From Arenicellales bacterium (lineage in GTDB: Bacteria; Pseudomonadota; Gammaproteobacteria; Arenicellales; JAJDZL01): a DNA stretch of 64,000 bases. The stretch spans positions 2,613,072 to 2,677,071 of the forward strand of contig OZ220493.1 in the NCBI GenBank assembly GCA_965116205.1, given 5' to 3'. Below are positions 31,099 through 40,944 of the stretch, in pieces (the first letter of the stretch is position 1; each line of letters begins with the position of its first letter). The translations under genes were made by a program, and so were the position numbers. The notes beneath the pieces were generated by a model. The model was given only the letters and a program-made list of their open reading frames with translations. It did no database searches and was not told the origin of the DNA.

Positions 31099-32736
31099 TC
31101 AAAGCATTGTACCATCATTGGGTTTTGTATCAACCCGCGGTCGGACCAGTATTGTGTTTTGCGGTGCCCGTGTGGTTTCCGGGTAATCAAGATTAAAGTG
31201 CAGTCCGCGGCTTTCCTGGCGCGTTAGGGCGGAGCGCACGATCAGTTCCGCCACTAGAACTAAGTTTCGCAGTTCAATCAGATCGCGGTTGATGCGAAAT
31301 TGACTGTAAAACTCCTGCACTTCCTCAGTTAACATCTGCACTCGACGTAAAGCTCGCTTGAGTCGTTTGGTGGTGCGGACGATACCAACGTAATCCCACA
31401 TTAATCGTCGCAATTCATCCCAATTGTGAGCGATGACGATCAGTTCATCCGGGTCAGAAACCTGACTCTCGTCCCACAGTGGAATCTGCTCGGCCGAAAT
31501 AACTGACTGCATTGGATTTGCTTGAATATGCCGGAACGCGGCATCCGCAAAGACGATGCACTCTAAAAGTGAGTTGCTGGCCAAGCGATTTGCTCCATGC
31601 AGACCGGTATGGGCACTTTCTCCAATACAGTACAGTCCGGGAAGATTAGTTCGACCGTTGAGATCAACGTTGACACCACCACAGGTATAGTGTGCGGCCG
31701 GCACTACTGGAATGGGTTGCATGGCCATGTTGATGCCAAAATCACGACATCGTCGGTAAATGTTGGGGAAATGGTTTTGTAAAAATTCGGGTGACTTCAT
31801 GGTCATGTCCAAGTACACACAGTCGAAGCCGCCCACTTTCATTTCGCGGTCAATAGCCCGGGCCACAATGTCTCGCGGCGCGAGTTCTTCTTTCGCATCA
31901 TATTTGGACATGAAGGATGAGCCATCTGGTAGAATCAGTTTACCGCCTTCGCCGCGTAGCGCTTCGGAAATTAGAAATGATTTCGCATGTGGATGGAACA
32001 GGCAGGTCGGGTGAAATTGCACAAATTCCATATTTGCCACTTCACAGCCGGCCCGCCACGCCATTGCAATGCCATCACCAGTCGAGGTATCTGGATTACT
32101 GGTATAAAGATAGGCTTTGGCGGCACCACCGGTAGCTAGCACGACAGCACCAGCAATTAGAGTCAGTATCTGTTCCTTTTTGATATCAAGAATATAGGCG
32201 CCAAGACAGCAATTTTCTTTTGTCCGATCGAATTTTGATTGGGTAATCAGTTCAATGGCCAGACATTTTTCATAAATTTCAATATGTGGGTGATTTTGAA
32301 TGTTGCCGACTAGTGTACTCTCGACTTTTCGTCCAGTACTGTCGGCAGCATGAACGACACGGCGTTTGCTGTGACCGCCTTCTTGGGTTAGATGAAAGGC
32401 TTCCGGATGACCGTTCTGGGGCTCGTGACGGGTGAAATCAACACCGTTTTCCACTAGCCACTGGATGGAATGCGGTCCCTGTTTGACGACAAACTCAACT
32501 GTTGCTTGATTGCCAAGACCGGCACCGGCGTTGAGGGTATCCTGTACATGAGCTGCATAGGAATCTTCAAGACTCCACACTGCGGCAATACCGCCCTGCG
32601 CGTAATAGCTGGAGTTTTCAGACAGTGTCTCTTTGGTGATGATGGCGATTTTATAGCCGGCATCAGCTGCTTTAAGCGCAAATGCCAACCCTGCGAGTCC
32701 GCTGCCGATCACGACTAAATCGGTTTGGTTGTACAT
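31099..32736 (-). CDS. nadB: L-aspartate oxidase
   Basis: DLVVIGSGLAGL FAD fold at the ATG at 32736 (the ORF track extends to 32796). Fumarate-reductase/SdhA-like body. Divergent from rpoE as in enterics. Confidence 0.92.
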   Translation of the reverse strand: MYNQTDLVVIGSGLAGLAFALKAADAGYKIAIITKETLSENSSYYAQGGIAAVWSLEDSYAAHVQDTLNAGAGLGNQATVEFVVKQGPHSIQWLVENGVDFTRHEPQNGHPEAFHLTQEGGHSKRRVVHAADSTGRKVESTLVGNIQNHPHIEIYEKCLAIELITQSKFDRTKENCCLGAYILDIKKEQILTLIAGAVVLATGGAAKAYLYTSNPDTSTGDGIAMAWRAGCEVANMEFVQFHPTCLFHPHAKSFLISEALRGEGGKLILPDGSSFMSKYDAKEELAPRDIVARAIDREMKVGGFDCVYLDMTMKSPEFLQNHFPNIYRRCRDFGINMAMQPIPVVPAAHYTCGGVNVDLNGRTNLPGLYCIGESAHTGLHGANRLASNSLLECIVFADAAFRHIQANPMQSVISAEQIPLWDESQVSDPDELIVIAHNWDELRRLMWDYVGIVRTTKRLKRALRRVQMLTEEVQEFYSQFRINRDLIELRNLVLVAELIVRSALTRQESRGLHFNLDYPETTRAPQNTILVRPRVDTKPNDGTML

Positions 32737-32974
32737 TGTTCGTTCCGTATAGATTTGGTGATTAAGAAGGTCGGCGCACGATGAATGATCTTCCAATCAC
32801 CGAAATACAAGTCTGACTGAGAAATCACTGACGCCTTATTTCAAAATCTATAATGAGACTGCGTTTTTCGTCATCATTCGCCAAGACAAGGATGCAGTCT
32901 GATCTTGTATTGATATGTTAGTCCATTTAAGAAGGCAAATTGTCCGTGTCGTTCTGTCATCCATTGACTGGTGT

Positions 32975-33002
32975 GGAACTTTACCTATTCATAGTGGTCT
33001 TA
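32975..33002 (+). promoter_or_regulatory. Candidate sigma-E-dependent (autoregulatory) promoter of rpoE
   Basis: GGAACTT-N16-TCTTA, compared with E. coli rpoE P2 GGAACTT-N16-TCTAA. It lies 17 nt upstream of the annotated ATG. Confidence 0.45.
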
Positions 33003-33018
33003 TTCAAAATAAAAATTA

Positions 33019-33687
33019 ATGAGCACCCGAGAGAAAAATGGTGCAGAAACTGACCGCGCTGTGGTGAATTTTAATGAACGTTCTGAAGATCCGACCGAAG
33101 TGGAACTACTCACGAAGGCACGGGCTGGAAATCAGGCGGCATTTAATTCCCTGCTGGCGGCACATCGCGCCAAAATGTACATCTGGGTTTCCCAAATGAT
33201 TCGAACTTTGAATGTGGAGCATAGTGAAATCCCTGACATCGTACAGGAAGCATCAATAAAAGCGTGGTTGAATATTGACAAGTTTCGTGGCGACAGTAAA
33301 TTCACCACGTGGCTGTATACCATCACTCGCAATCAGGCAATTAACCAGTCCAATCAGAATCGCCGGTTTGCCACCACGAACAATATCAGCGCGATGGAGA
33401 CAGAGAATGAATCCATTGCAGAGGATGGCTTGATTAATAGACTCGCCATTGACACAGAGACTCCTGAAGAAACTCTAGCCGCCAAAGAACTGCACACAAA
33501 AGTTATGATGATCATTGACGAGTTGCCGCCGAAATTAAGAAACACGATTATTCTGCGAGAATTGGGACAACTCAGTTATGAGGAAATATCACAACGCACT
33601 GGCACGAAATTAGGCACGGTGAAAACGCAGATTCATCGGGCCCGTAGCGCCATTGACAAAGCCCTGGAACAGTGGCGCAAAGAATAA
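33019..33687 (+). CDS. rpoE: ECF sigma factor RpoE (sigma-24)
   Basis: Region 2 (DIVQEASIKAWLNIDKFRGDSKFTTWLYTITRN) and region 4 (LRELGQLSYEEISQRTGTKLGTVKTQIHRAR). It has an N-terminal extension relative to E. coli, so the start is uncertain. Confidence 0.9.
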   Translation: MSTREKNGAETDRAVVNFNERSEDPTEVELLTKARAGNQAAFNSLLAAHRAKMYIWVSQMIRTLNVEHSEIPDIVQEASIKAWLNIDKFRGDSKFTTWLYTITRNQAINQSNQNRRFATTNNISAMETENESIAEDGLINRLAIDTETPEETLAAKELHTKVMMIIDELPPKLRNTIILRELGQLSYEEISQRTGTKLGTVKTQIHRARSAIDKALEQWRKE

Positions 33688-33705
33688 ACGCGATCAGAGG
33701 AGAAA

Positions 33706-34284
33706 ATGATGTCTGAAAACCTATCAGCCCTGCTTGATCAGGAAATTGCTGCTGACGATCTTACCGAACTAGTTGAAAGTCTGTGTCAGGATCCGGGGTT
33801 ACAGGAACGCTGGCAACGATATCATCTAATTCGCAGTGCAATACGAGGTGAATGCACGTTAGATTATTACAATGCAGTTTATTCCACTACAAAAATCCCC
33901 GATCAACTGGTTGCTCGGTCATCTTCCGAAGACAAGTCACAAAGAACCATGCCGAAATCACTGTCGGCACGGTTGCGTCGCGGGTGGGGGAGTTGGCCGC
34001 GTGGTTTGGGACTCGCAGCCGGATTGACTGCCGCCCTTGCGCTCGGATTCGCAAGCAGTTCAATATTGGAACTTCAAATCCACGACACCGAGCCCACCTA
34101 CGTCGAAAATGCCAAGCGAAGCACTGCGTTAAACTGGTGGCAAAACGATTCAGAACCAATTCATGCTGAAAGAGACAGCACCAATCATCTCAATGAAACG
34201 TTGCTGGCCCACAGCGAAGACACTGGCTACCCGTTGCTTAATGGGCTATCCAATTACATCAGAATGGTCGCCTATGACTATTAG
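33706..34284 (+). CDS. rseA: Anti-sigma-E factor RseA
   Basis: N-terminal SALLDQE...RWQRYHLIRSAIRGE anti-sigma domain and a central TM. Position after rpoE. Confidence 0.85.
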   Translation: MMSENLSALLDQEIAADDLTELVESLCQDPGLQERWQRYHLIRSAIRGECTLDYYNAVYSTTKIPDQLVARSSSEDKSQRTMPKSLSARLRRGWGSWPRGLGLAAGLTAALALGFASSSILELQIHDTEPTYVENAKRSTALNWWQNDSEPIHAERDSTNHLNETLLAHSEDTGYPLLNGLSNYIRMVAYDY

Positions 34285-35317
34285 TCACCAATGCTCTATA
34301 TGCAAATCTATGGCCCGAGTGTCTTCATTCACAGCACAACCAGGACCCCGTCGATTTTGGTCGATTCTACTATTGGCCGGCATGATTACCACCTTGTCTT
34401 TACCAGCCTGTGGACAGACGATCTCACAATTGCTCAATCAGTCGGTGCAAGCGATCCAAAATGTCAATTATATGGGCACATTCATGTACTCCAGCGGCAC
34501 CGAAATTGAAACAATGCGTATTGTCCATCAAACTGACGTTTCGGGATTCAAAGAACGAATCCACTCCTTGAGTGGTGACGAGTCAGAGATTATTCGTACT
34601 GAAAAAGGAGTGTGGTGTTACTTTCCAGATCGTAAAGAAGGGTTTTTCAAATTTCGAGATAACCAACAGTTTTATCGTATGCCAATCATCCGGGAGGCAT
34701 CGATTCTGCAATTGAGTAAATACTACGCAATCACTAAAAATGGACGTGAAAGAGTCGCCGGTCGATGGACACATCGGTTGAACTTTCGCCCTAAGGATAC
34801 CTTTCGTTTTGGTCTTGATGTTTGGGTTGATGAAGAATCCGGACTCATATTGCGTTCCGACTTGATCAACCAAGGTGGTGATATTCTGGATCAGTATATG
34901 TTTGTCGATATAGCCATTGGTGAGCAAATTCCTCCAGCCACTCTGGTTCCAGCGAATTTGGGCATTGATTATGTGTGGAACTTCAGCACCGCACGTAATA
35001 CGTCATCTCCCGACACCTCGTTTCCCTTAGCAGTGAGAATGATTCCAGATGGTTTTAAGAAAATCAAGCACGTACGCAGCCGGTCTGTTGAGGGTGAAAA
35101 AGAACAGATGGTATTTTCCGATGATTTGACCACGGTTTCACTATTCATGCAGAAACTGAGCGGCAATGAAACGGATGGAATTTTCACTGGGATCAGTCGA
35201 TTGGGTTCCGTCAATGCCTATGGTCGTGTTGTGGATGGGTATCAGGTAACTGTGCTTGGCGAAGTACCTGAAAAAACTGTGCGGGCGATTGGCAATTCAG
35301 TGAAAATGAGACATTAA
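34274..35317 (+). CDS. rseB: Sigma-E regulatory protein RseB (MucB family)
   Basis: Signal peptide after ATG 34274/34310 and a MucB/RseB-like body (NYMGTFMYSSGTEIETMRIVH). The ORF-track start at 34163 lies inside rseA. Confidence 0.82.
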   Translation: MTISHQCSICKSMARVSSFTAQPGPRRFWSILLLAGMITTLSLPACGQTISQLLNQSVQAIQNVNYMGTFMYSSGTEIETMRIVHQTDVSGFKERIHSLSGDESEIIRTEKGVWCYFPDRKEGFFKFRDNQQFYRMPIIREASILQLSKYYAITKNGRERVAGRWTHRLNFRPKDTFRFGLDVWVDEESGLILRSDLINQGGDILDQYMFVDIAIGEQIPPATLVPANLGIDYVWNFSTARNTSSPDTSFPLAVRMIPDGFKKIKHVRSRSVEGEKEQMVFSDDLTTVSLFMQKLSGNETDGIFTGISRLGSVNAYGRVVDGYQVTVLGEVPEKTVRAIGNSVKMRH

Positions 35318-35628
35318 ATGCTATTGGAAAGATTCAATCAGGACAACCGTCTGGAATGGTTGCACAGATATACAGATAGCGGTGGACAATTCAATTTACC
35401 GGTCTGATTGAAAATCTACGCTAAAGCCACTTAGCGGAGTGAAACCCGGCGCAATTGCAACGACCGTCGGGCACTACAGCAGACCCGCGCGCCAATAATG
35501 GTAGTTGAAGTTTCTGATACGGTATAATTCAGGAACTTTCATTTCCTGTTTGTCTACAGCATAATATTCATTGTTACCTGCTGAAATTGACGCGCTCCGA
35601 TTTACACCTATCCGTCGAGTTTTGAGTA

Positions 35629-36438
35629 TTGAACGTGCCAACTGATTTCTCTTTCATTCTAGTCATAGCAGTCGCAGTTACCGGAGTGATCTGGTTATTT
35701 GATACGATCTGGCGGTTGCTGAAAAAACATGTGATCACGGTTCGACACGAATCAGGGACACGCAGTCGGTTTTACTGGATTGTCGAATATGCACGGGTAT
35801 TTTTTCCAGTCTTGCTGATTGTATTCGTACTGCGTTCATTCATTATTGAACCATTTAGAATTCCTTCCGGTTCAATGCTTCCCACCCTTGAAATTGGTGA
35901 TTTTATATTGGTGAATAAGTACGAATATGGAATCCGATTGCCAGTACTGAATAAGAAAATTTATGAAATTGGCGCACCTGACTATGGTGATGTCATGGTG
36001 TTTCGCTATCCACACGATGAATCCATTAATTTCATCAAGCGAGTGGTGGGATTGCCGGGTGATTCTGTCTTGTACGAAAACAAGCAGGTAACAGTTAACG
36101 GTACCATTGTTGCACAGGATATCGAGGGTGAGTATCTGATTAATTCCGGTGCCAATCGAAAAACGCAAGCTCGCATGTTGAACGAAACATTCGTCAATGG
36201 TGAATCACATCAGATCCTACAGGACGAAAATCGAGATTCTCGAACACTGGTGTTTCGGGTACCCGAGAACTCCTATTTTGTTCTAGGCGACAATCGAGAC
36301 TATAGCAACGACAGTCGGTTTTGGGGGTTCGTCCCTGAAAAGAATATTATTGGTCGCGCTTTCTTTATTTGGTTCAGTTGGGATTCGGTGGGCAACACCG
36401 GAGTCAATTGGAATCGTATTGCGGCCGCAATTGAATAG
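35629..36438 (+). CDS. lepB: Signal peptidase I
   Basis: SGSMLPTL catalytic Ser box, IKRVVGLPGD Lys box, GDNRDYSNDSRFWGFV box. TTG start. Confidence 0.93.
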   Translation: MNVPTDFSFILVIAVAVTGVIWLFDTIWRLLKKHVITVRHESGTRSRFYWIVEYARVFFPVLLIVFVLRSFIIEPFRIPSGSMLPTLEIGDFILVNKYEYGIRLPVLNKKIYEIGAPDYGDVMVFRYPHDESINFIKRVVGLPGDSVLYENKQVTVNGTIVAQDIEGEYLINSGANRKTQARMLNETFVNGESHQILQDENRDSRTLVFRVPENSYFVLGDNRDYSNDSRFWGFVPEKNIIGRAFFIWFSWDSVGNTGVNWNRIAAAIE

Positions 36439-36453
36439 CTACACATCATCAAT

Positions 36454-37143
36454 GTGAAAGCCAAAGAATTCGATAGACTAGTAGAAATTCTCGGTTATTC
36501 ATTCGAAGATCAATCTTTGCTGCAACGGGCGCTCACCCATCGTAGCGTCGGTGAACCGCACAATGAAACACTCGAGTTTTTAGGTGATAGCGTGCTTTCA
36601 GCCATTGTTTCCAGTCATCTGTATCAGAATCTGCCGGATAGTGTGACTGAGAGTGAGCTAACCATTCAGCGCATTAAAATCGTCAACAACCATCAGGCGT
36701 TATTTCAAGTCGCCGAATCTATCGCTTTTCAGGACCATATCGTTGTTGACAAATCATTTGTTAAATCAAACCGGAAAGCTTGGAAAAACTTACTAGCCAA
36801 TACCTTGGAAGCATTGATCGGGGCAGTGTATCTTGACGGAGGAATATCGGCGGCAACTGAGTTTTTTAATCGACATTTTTCACCCTTACTGAATGGACTG
36901 AACGATACGGCTCATACGAATTTCAAATCTCTACTTCAGGAGCATTTACAAAGCCAATCTCAGCGCACACCGAGGTATGAAACCATTCAAATTCAAGGGA
37001 AAGATCATCAACCTTTTTTTACAGTGCGGTGCCATGTAGATACGCTGACGCAACCGATCATCGGCAAAGGTCAGACTGTCAAGGAAGCGGAACAGGTTGC
37101 CGCCAGTCAGGCTTATGAATTACTGTACCGGCAAAATCGTTGA
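36454..37143 (+). CDS. rnc: Ribonuclease III
   Basis: NETLEFLGDSVL signature and a C-terminal dsRBD. Confidence 0.93.
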   Translation: MKAKEFDRLVEILGYSFEDQSLLQRALTHRSVGEPHNETLEFLGDSVLSAIVSSHLYQNLPDSVTESELTIQRIKIVNNHQALFQVAESIAFQDHIVVDKSFVKSNRKAWKNLLANTLEALIGAVYLDGGISAATEFFNRHFSPLLNGLNDTAHTNFKSLLQEHLQSQSQRTPRYETIQIQGKDHQPFFTVRCHVDTLTQPIIGKGQTVKEAEQVAASQAYELLYRQNR

Positions 37144-38032
37144 TGCGGATTTCCGTTCCGGTATGATTGCCATCGCCGGCCGGCCAAATGTTGGTAAATC
37201 AACTCTGCTGAATCATCTATTGGGACAAAAAATTAGCATTACTTCAAAAAGAGCCAATACCACCCGACATCGAATTCTCGGGGTGTTGAGTGAATCGAAT
37301 TGTCAATTTGTTTTTGTTGACACACCAGGATTTACAACCCGATCAAAAAGTCTACTGGAGCGAACCATTCACAAAGTTGCGACTTCTGGAATCGTTGGTG
37401 TTGACCTGGTTTTATTCGTCATTGATGGCTTCGGTTGGCATCCACAGGACGACGCAGTCTGGAGACAAATTCAGATAGAAAATCGAAACTGTGTCGTAAT
37501 CGTTTCAAAGATTGATCGTGTGACCAATAAAAATCGACTGTTGCCGGTCATTGAAGAAATCTCAGAGAAAACCGGAGTAACGGAGATTGTTCCTGTTTCA
37601 GCGCATAAAGATGTGAATATTGACCGACTCAAATGGGTGATTACCCAACATTTGTCTTTCGGCCCACCACTCTTTCCGTCTGACTTTGTTACTGACCAGA
37701 GTGAGGCATTTGTCGCTTCGGAAATTCTCCGCGAACAGATTTTTCGATCTTATGGTGAAGAACTGCCTTATTCCTGCGCTATTCAGATCGAAAAGTATCA
37801 GATGGAAGGTATGGTGCTGCACTTCCATGTATTACTTTGGATGGAGTCGGAAAATCAAAAGCGGATGGTTATCGGGTTGCGTGGTAACAAAATCAAGCAG
37901 GTTGGCAGCCGAGTTCGACAGGTCCTAGAAGCAAGGGTAAATGCTAGAGTGTATGTCAAAATTTGGGTTAAAGTACGATCTAAATGGACCGAAGATCGGC
38001 TATCAATTGAAAAATTCGGTTACTCAGAGTAG
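37115..38032 (+). CDS. era: GTPase Era
   Basis: IAIAGRPNVGKST P-loop, DTPG, SKID, and a C-terminal KH domain. Start is ATG 37115 or 37097, overlapping the rnc end. Confidence 0.92.
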   Translation: MNYCTGKIVDADFRSGMIAIAGRPNVGKSTLLNHLLGQKISITSKRANTTRHRILGVLSESNCQFVFVDTPGFTTRSKSLLERTIHKVATSGIVGVDLVLFVIDGFGWHPQDDAVWRQIQIENRNCVVIVSKIDRVTNKNRLLPVIEEISEKTGVTEIVPVSAHKDVNIDRLKWVITQHLSFGPPLFPSDFVTDQSEAFVASEILREQIFRSYGEELPYSCAIQIEKYQMEGMVLHFHVLLWMESENQKRMVIGLRGNKIKQVGSRVRQVLEARVNARVYVKIWVKVRSKWTEDRLSIEKFGYSE

Positions 38033-38134
38033 CGGAAAATGTTTATCAGGATTGATTTTTTATCAACATGTTAGCGGTATTAGCCTGAAATTAAGCACAA
38101 AAGAGCCCTCTATTGAGTACAATCAAATAAGTTA

Positions 38135-38278
38135 ATGGAGGTAATCAAGAAAATGTTTAGATACTTATCAAGTCAGTATGTTGCTCATACTGCACGCCAT
38201 GAAGATGGTGCAAATGTGATGTTCGTTCCGACAACGTCCCCATCTCCCCTGGAATTCCTGCGGGGGGGGGGGGGGTGA
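38135..38278 (+). CDS. Hypothetical 47-codon leader ORF ending in the G-tract (RGGGG-stop); an internal ATG at 38153 follows GGAGG
   Basis: ATG 38135 / ATG 38153 (GGAGG at 38137-38141). The frame runs through G14 and stops at TGA 38276-38278, overlapping ATG 38278 of the autotransporter (TGATG). No homology recognised. Confidence 0.2.
   Translation: MEVIKKMFRYLSSQYVAHTARHEDGANVMFVPTTSPSPLEFLRGGGG
38262..38275 (+). repeat. G14 homopolymeric tract abutting the start codon of the autotransporter gene
   Basis: The direct read is ctgcGGGGGGGGGGGGGGtgatgcag. The last G is the first base of GTG 38275. Confidence 0.95.
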
Positions 38279-40944
38279 TGCAGTCTCTTTCCAAGCTGGT
38301 TTCAGCAGTGGCTACGGTTGGACTGCTGGCCCCGTTGCCATTGTCGGCGCAGATGAAGACCTACGTATGCGGTGCGCCGACCGCGGGGACGCCGCCGACC
38401 GTGGTCTGCGATGAAGAAGACTACGCCCCCGGTGAAAATGCCATAGATCTTCCCCAGACCAGCGACCCGTATCAGTGGACCACAGATGGACTGAGTGTGA
38501 CGGTTGCCGAGGGTGTTAAACTGGATGGTATTGATGTGGGCACCAAAACCATTGGTGGTGTTCCAAATAGTCCATTTTCCCGTTTTCGCAGCGGCATTGA
38601 TATAAGAGCGGATAATGTGGCTTCCGGTGACAAGGGCATCACGGTGCAATCCAAGGGGGATATTGATGCCAACACGCCGATCTGGGTCCGATCGGATCAT
38701 CATAACAATATCAAAATTGAAGTGATGGCCGGATTGTTGCAGAGCAATACCGCTGCCATCGGAATCGAAGGACGTAATCAAGCCGGTAGTGACACTACAA
38801 ACCGCGGCAATATCGACGTGACCCTGAGTGGCACAGCAATAGTCCGAGGTCACCCGAAAACATATCGCATTCAAGATTCCAGTCTCACGACCTATATTAC
38901 GCAGGGCATCGACATCCACCGGCATGTGACTAAAGGCGGGGATGTGAACGTGGTACTGAAGGATACGGCTAAGATTGGCGGTGTGGGTGGTGTCACTGAC
39001 TATGGCATCTACATTCGTGACGAATACGCCCATGAAGCCGGCTCTCACTCAGCCATCAAAGTGACCACCGGAGAAGACACATTCATCGGCGAGGAAGCAG
39101 CCGGCGACGATAAGACCGCTGGATATATTAATGAAGAAGGGATTTACGTGAAGATTAAAAACAACCAAAAACGGCCGGGTGCCGGCTCCGAAAGGACGGT
39201 GACCGTCGTCCATGAGGGCCAACTCTATGCGAAGGGCAACGGCATTAAAATTGAACATGAATCTGACGTTACTCCATCCGCAGCTGCCGGTGCCACCGCC
39301 GACATCACCATTGGTAGCAAGGGTGTGGTGCAGGTTTCCGGCGATGAATATGGAATTTATCTCAACACGCCCGATCGGCTGGCGGACGATGACCGCCGTA
39401 AACAGAGTGTCACTATCAAAGGTGGCAAGGTGGTGGGTAAATTGGATGGCGGGGGTGCCATCCACTTGAAAGGCGGTGGCTTAGTCACCATTGGGCGGAA
39501 AGCCGTACTGGTCCCGACTGGTGATGACATCGCTAACTATCGGACCATCAAGGTCACTGACGCCGATACCGTCGGCGCCGGCAAGTCCAATCTGTTGATC
39601 AGACTGAATCAGAATTTGAATGATATCAAGAATATACAGAATGACAAGGACAAAACCGCCTTCCAGCACAGCATGGATGGTAAGAGTTACACCGAGTTGA
39701 CCATGGGAGTGAAACTGACCGTGACCAATGTTTCGCAGGTTCCCTGTGGTTTCTACAATGACTGTATAAGAAAGTCAACCGATGAGGCAACTCCCAAACT
39801 AGTGGACCATGCTAGTGCTAGTGGCGTTTTTTCGCTGACTTTTGAACGTGATGCGAATTTCCAGTCTAAAAAAGAGCTAACCATACCTGACACCGAAGAA
39901 CGAGAGCTATCGAAACGCGGGCGAGTATACGAAACCTTACCGTCGGTCTTATGGGATATGGCTGGCGACATGGACACCTACCGTCCATTGATGATGGGTG
40001 GTGATACTGCTAGTGTTAGTGCATCCAATCTGCGACAGGTTGCGCAAAACGAAATGATGGGTGCACCCGACGATGGCATGCTGTCTGACCGGAGTGCTTG
40101 GGGTCATGTGGAAGCGGGTAGCGGTAAACGTCAGCTGCGAAAGCCCACTACCGGCAATCAGTCGTATGATATTTCTTATGGTGGCTTTGCAGCGGGGATT
40201 GACCTACCTGGTGCCGACGGCATGATGTTTCGAGTTGGACTCCATCATCGGCAGGGCAAGGCCGATGCAACCAATGGTGGTCGGATGAAAATTTCCGGCA
40301 CCGGTGTCGGCGTCGGAATGACCCGTCAGCATGCCCGTGGCATGACGATTGATGGCTGGCTGGGAGCAATCAAGTTTAATGACATTAAGGTCACGTCATC
40401 GGAGATGATCAATGGAGAGAAAATCAATGTCAATGCGAAAACCAAGGCCACCGGTTATACCATTGCCATGGGCATTGCAAACAGTATGGACTTTCGTGGC
40501 CTGATGCTGACGCAACGCGGCGGGGTGACATGGTCATCGGTTTCGATGGATGATTATGCAGTCCCGTATACGATGACAGTATCCGGCACCGCTGAACAGA
40601 TGCAGGACAAAGTGGCCACGAAAAACAGTTCCGGGATAACCAGCCAATATAGTGTGCTGCTTGAGCAGCTGACTGGGCAGCAGACAGCAAACTGTTGCCG
40701 GCTGTTCGGTTCGTTGGACATTGAGCATGATTTCAGTACCGAACGTGAGGTGACGGTCACCAATGATGACCTGTCAACCACGAGCAAATCAGAAGTAAAT
40801 CCAACGAAAATACGGTTGGGAATCGGTGGTTCGACGAGTTGGAATGCAGGTCAGTCGGTTATTTCAGCAGCAATCTATCATACCGCTTCGGGCAGTGGCA
40901 ACAAAGTCACCAGTGGACAAATTGCACTGTCCATCAGGTTCTAG
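38275..40944 (+). CDS. Autotransporter (type Va) outer membrane protein with a beta-helix-like passenger of unknown function
   Basis: Signal peptide MMQSLSKLVSAVATVGLLAPLPLSA-Q. Gly/Ile-rich repetitive passenger. Linker ...RVYETLPSVLWDM. The C-terminal ~280-aa barrel ends ...IALSIRF. Confidence 0.82.
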   Translation: MMQSLSKLVSAVATVGLLAPLPLSAQMKTYVCGAPTAGTPPTVVCDEEDYAPGENAIDLPQTSDPYQWTTDGLSVTVAEGVKLDGIDVGTKTIGGVPNSPFSRFRSGIDIRADNVASGDKGITVQSKGDIDANTPIWVRSDHHNNIKIEVMAGLLQSNTAAIGIEGRNQAGSDTTNRGNIDVTLSGTAIVRGHPKTYRIQDSSLTTYITQGIDIHRHVTKGGDVNVVLKDTAKIGGVGGVTDYGIYIRDEYAHEAGSHSAIKVTTGEDTFIGEEAAGDDKTAGYINEEGIYVKIKNNQKRPGAGSERTVTVVHEGQLYAKGNGIKIEHESDVTPSAAAGATADITIGSKGVVQVSGDEYGIYLNTPDRLADDDRRKQSVTIKGGKVVGKLDGGGAIHLKGGGLVTIGRKAVLVPTGDDIANYRTIKVTDADTVGAGKSNLLIRLNQNLNDIKNIQNDKDKTAFQHSMDGKSYTELTMGVKLTVTNVSQVPCGFYNDCIRKSTDEATPKLVDHASASGVFSLTFERDANFQSKKELTIPDTEERELSKRGRVYETLPSVLWDMAGDMDTYRPLMMGGDTASVSASNLRQVAQNEMMGAPDDGMLSDRSAWGHVEAGSGKRQLRKPTTGNQSYDISYGGFAAGIDLPGADGMMFRVGLHHRQGKADATNGGRMKISGTGVGVGMTRQHARGMTIDGWLGAIKFNDIKVTSSEMINGEKINVNAKTKATGYTIAMGIANSMDFRGLMLTQRGGVTWSSVSMDDYAVPYTMTVSGTAEQMQDKVATKNSSGITSQYSVLLEQLTGQQTANCCRLFGSLDIEHDFSTEREVTVTNDDLSTTSKSEVNPTKIRLGIGGSTSWNAGQSVISAAIYHTASGSGNKVTSGQIALSIRF

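Noticed and set aside
35532-35557. Second GGAACTT (sigma-E -35-like) upstream of lepB
   Set aside because: The best -10-like pentamer (TCTAC) is at a 14-nt spacing rather than 16, and the sequence at the correct spacing (TACAG) is poor.
38103-38123. GAGCCCTCTATTGAGTACAAT left of the autotransporter island, loosely inverted with GAACCCTATTTTCCTACACC (reverse complement of 41961-41980) and reminiscent of the IS1595 end GGCTCTATT
   Set aside because: Only about 13-14 matches with gaps. There are no matching flanking 8-mers (target duplication) and no transposase. Compatible with chance in AT-rich DNA.
38302-39048. 248-aa minus-strand ORF, plus 39049-39465 and others, antisense to the autotransporter gene
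   Set aside because: It lies entirely inside a longer ORF that has a signal peptide and a terminal barrel. Long antisense ORFs are expected in relatively GC-rich, Gly/Ala-rich genes. No motifs recognised.
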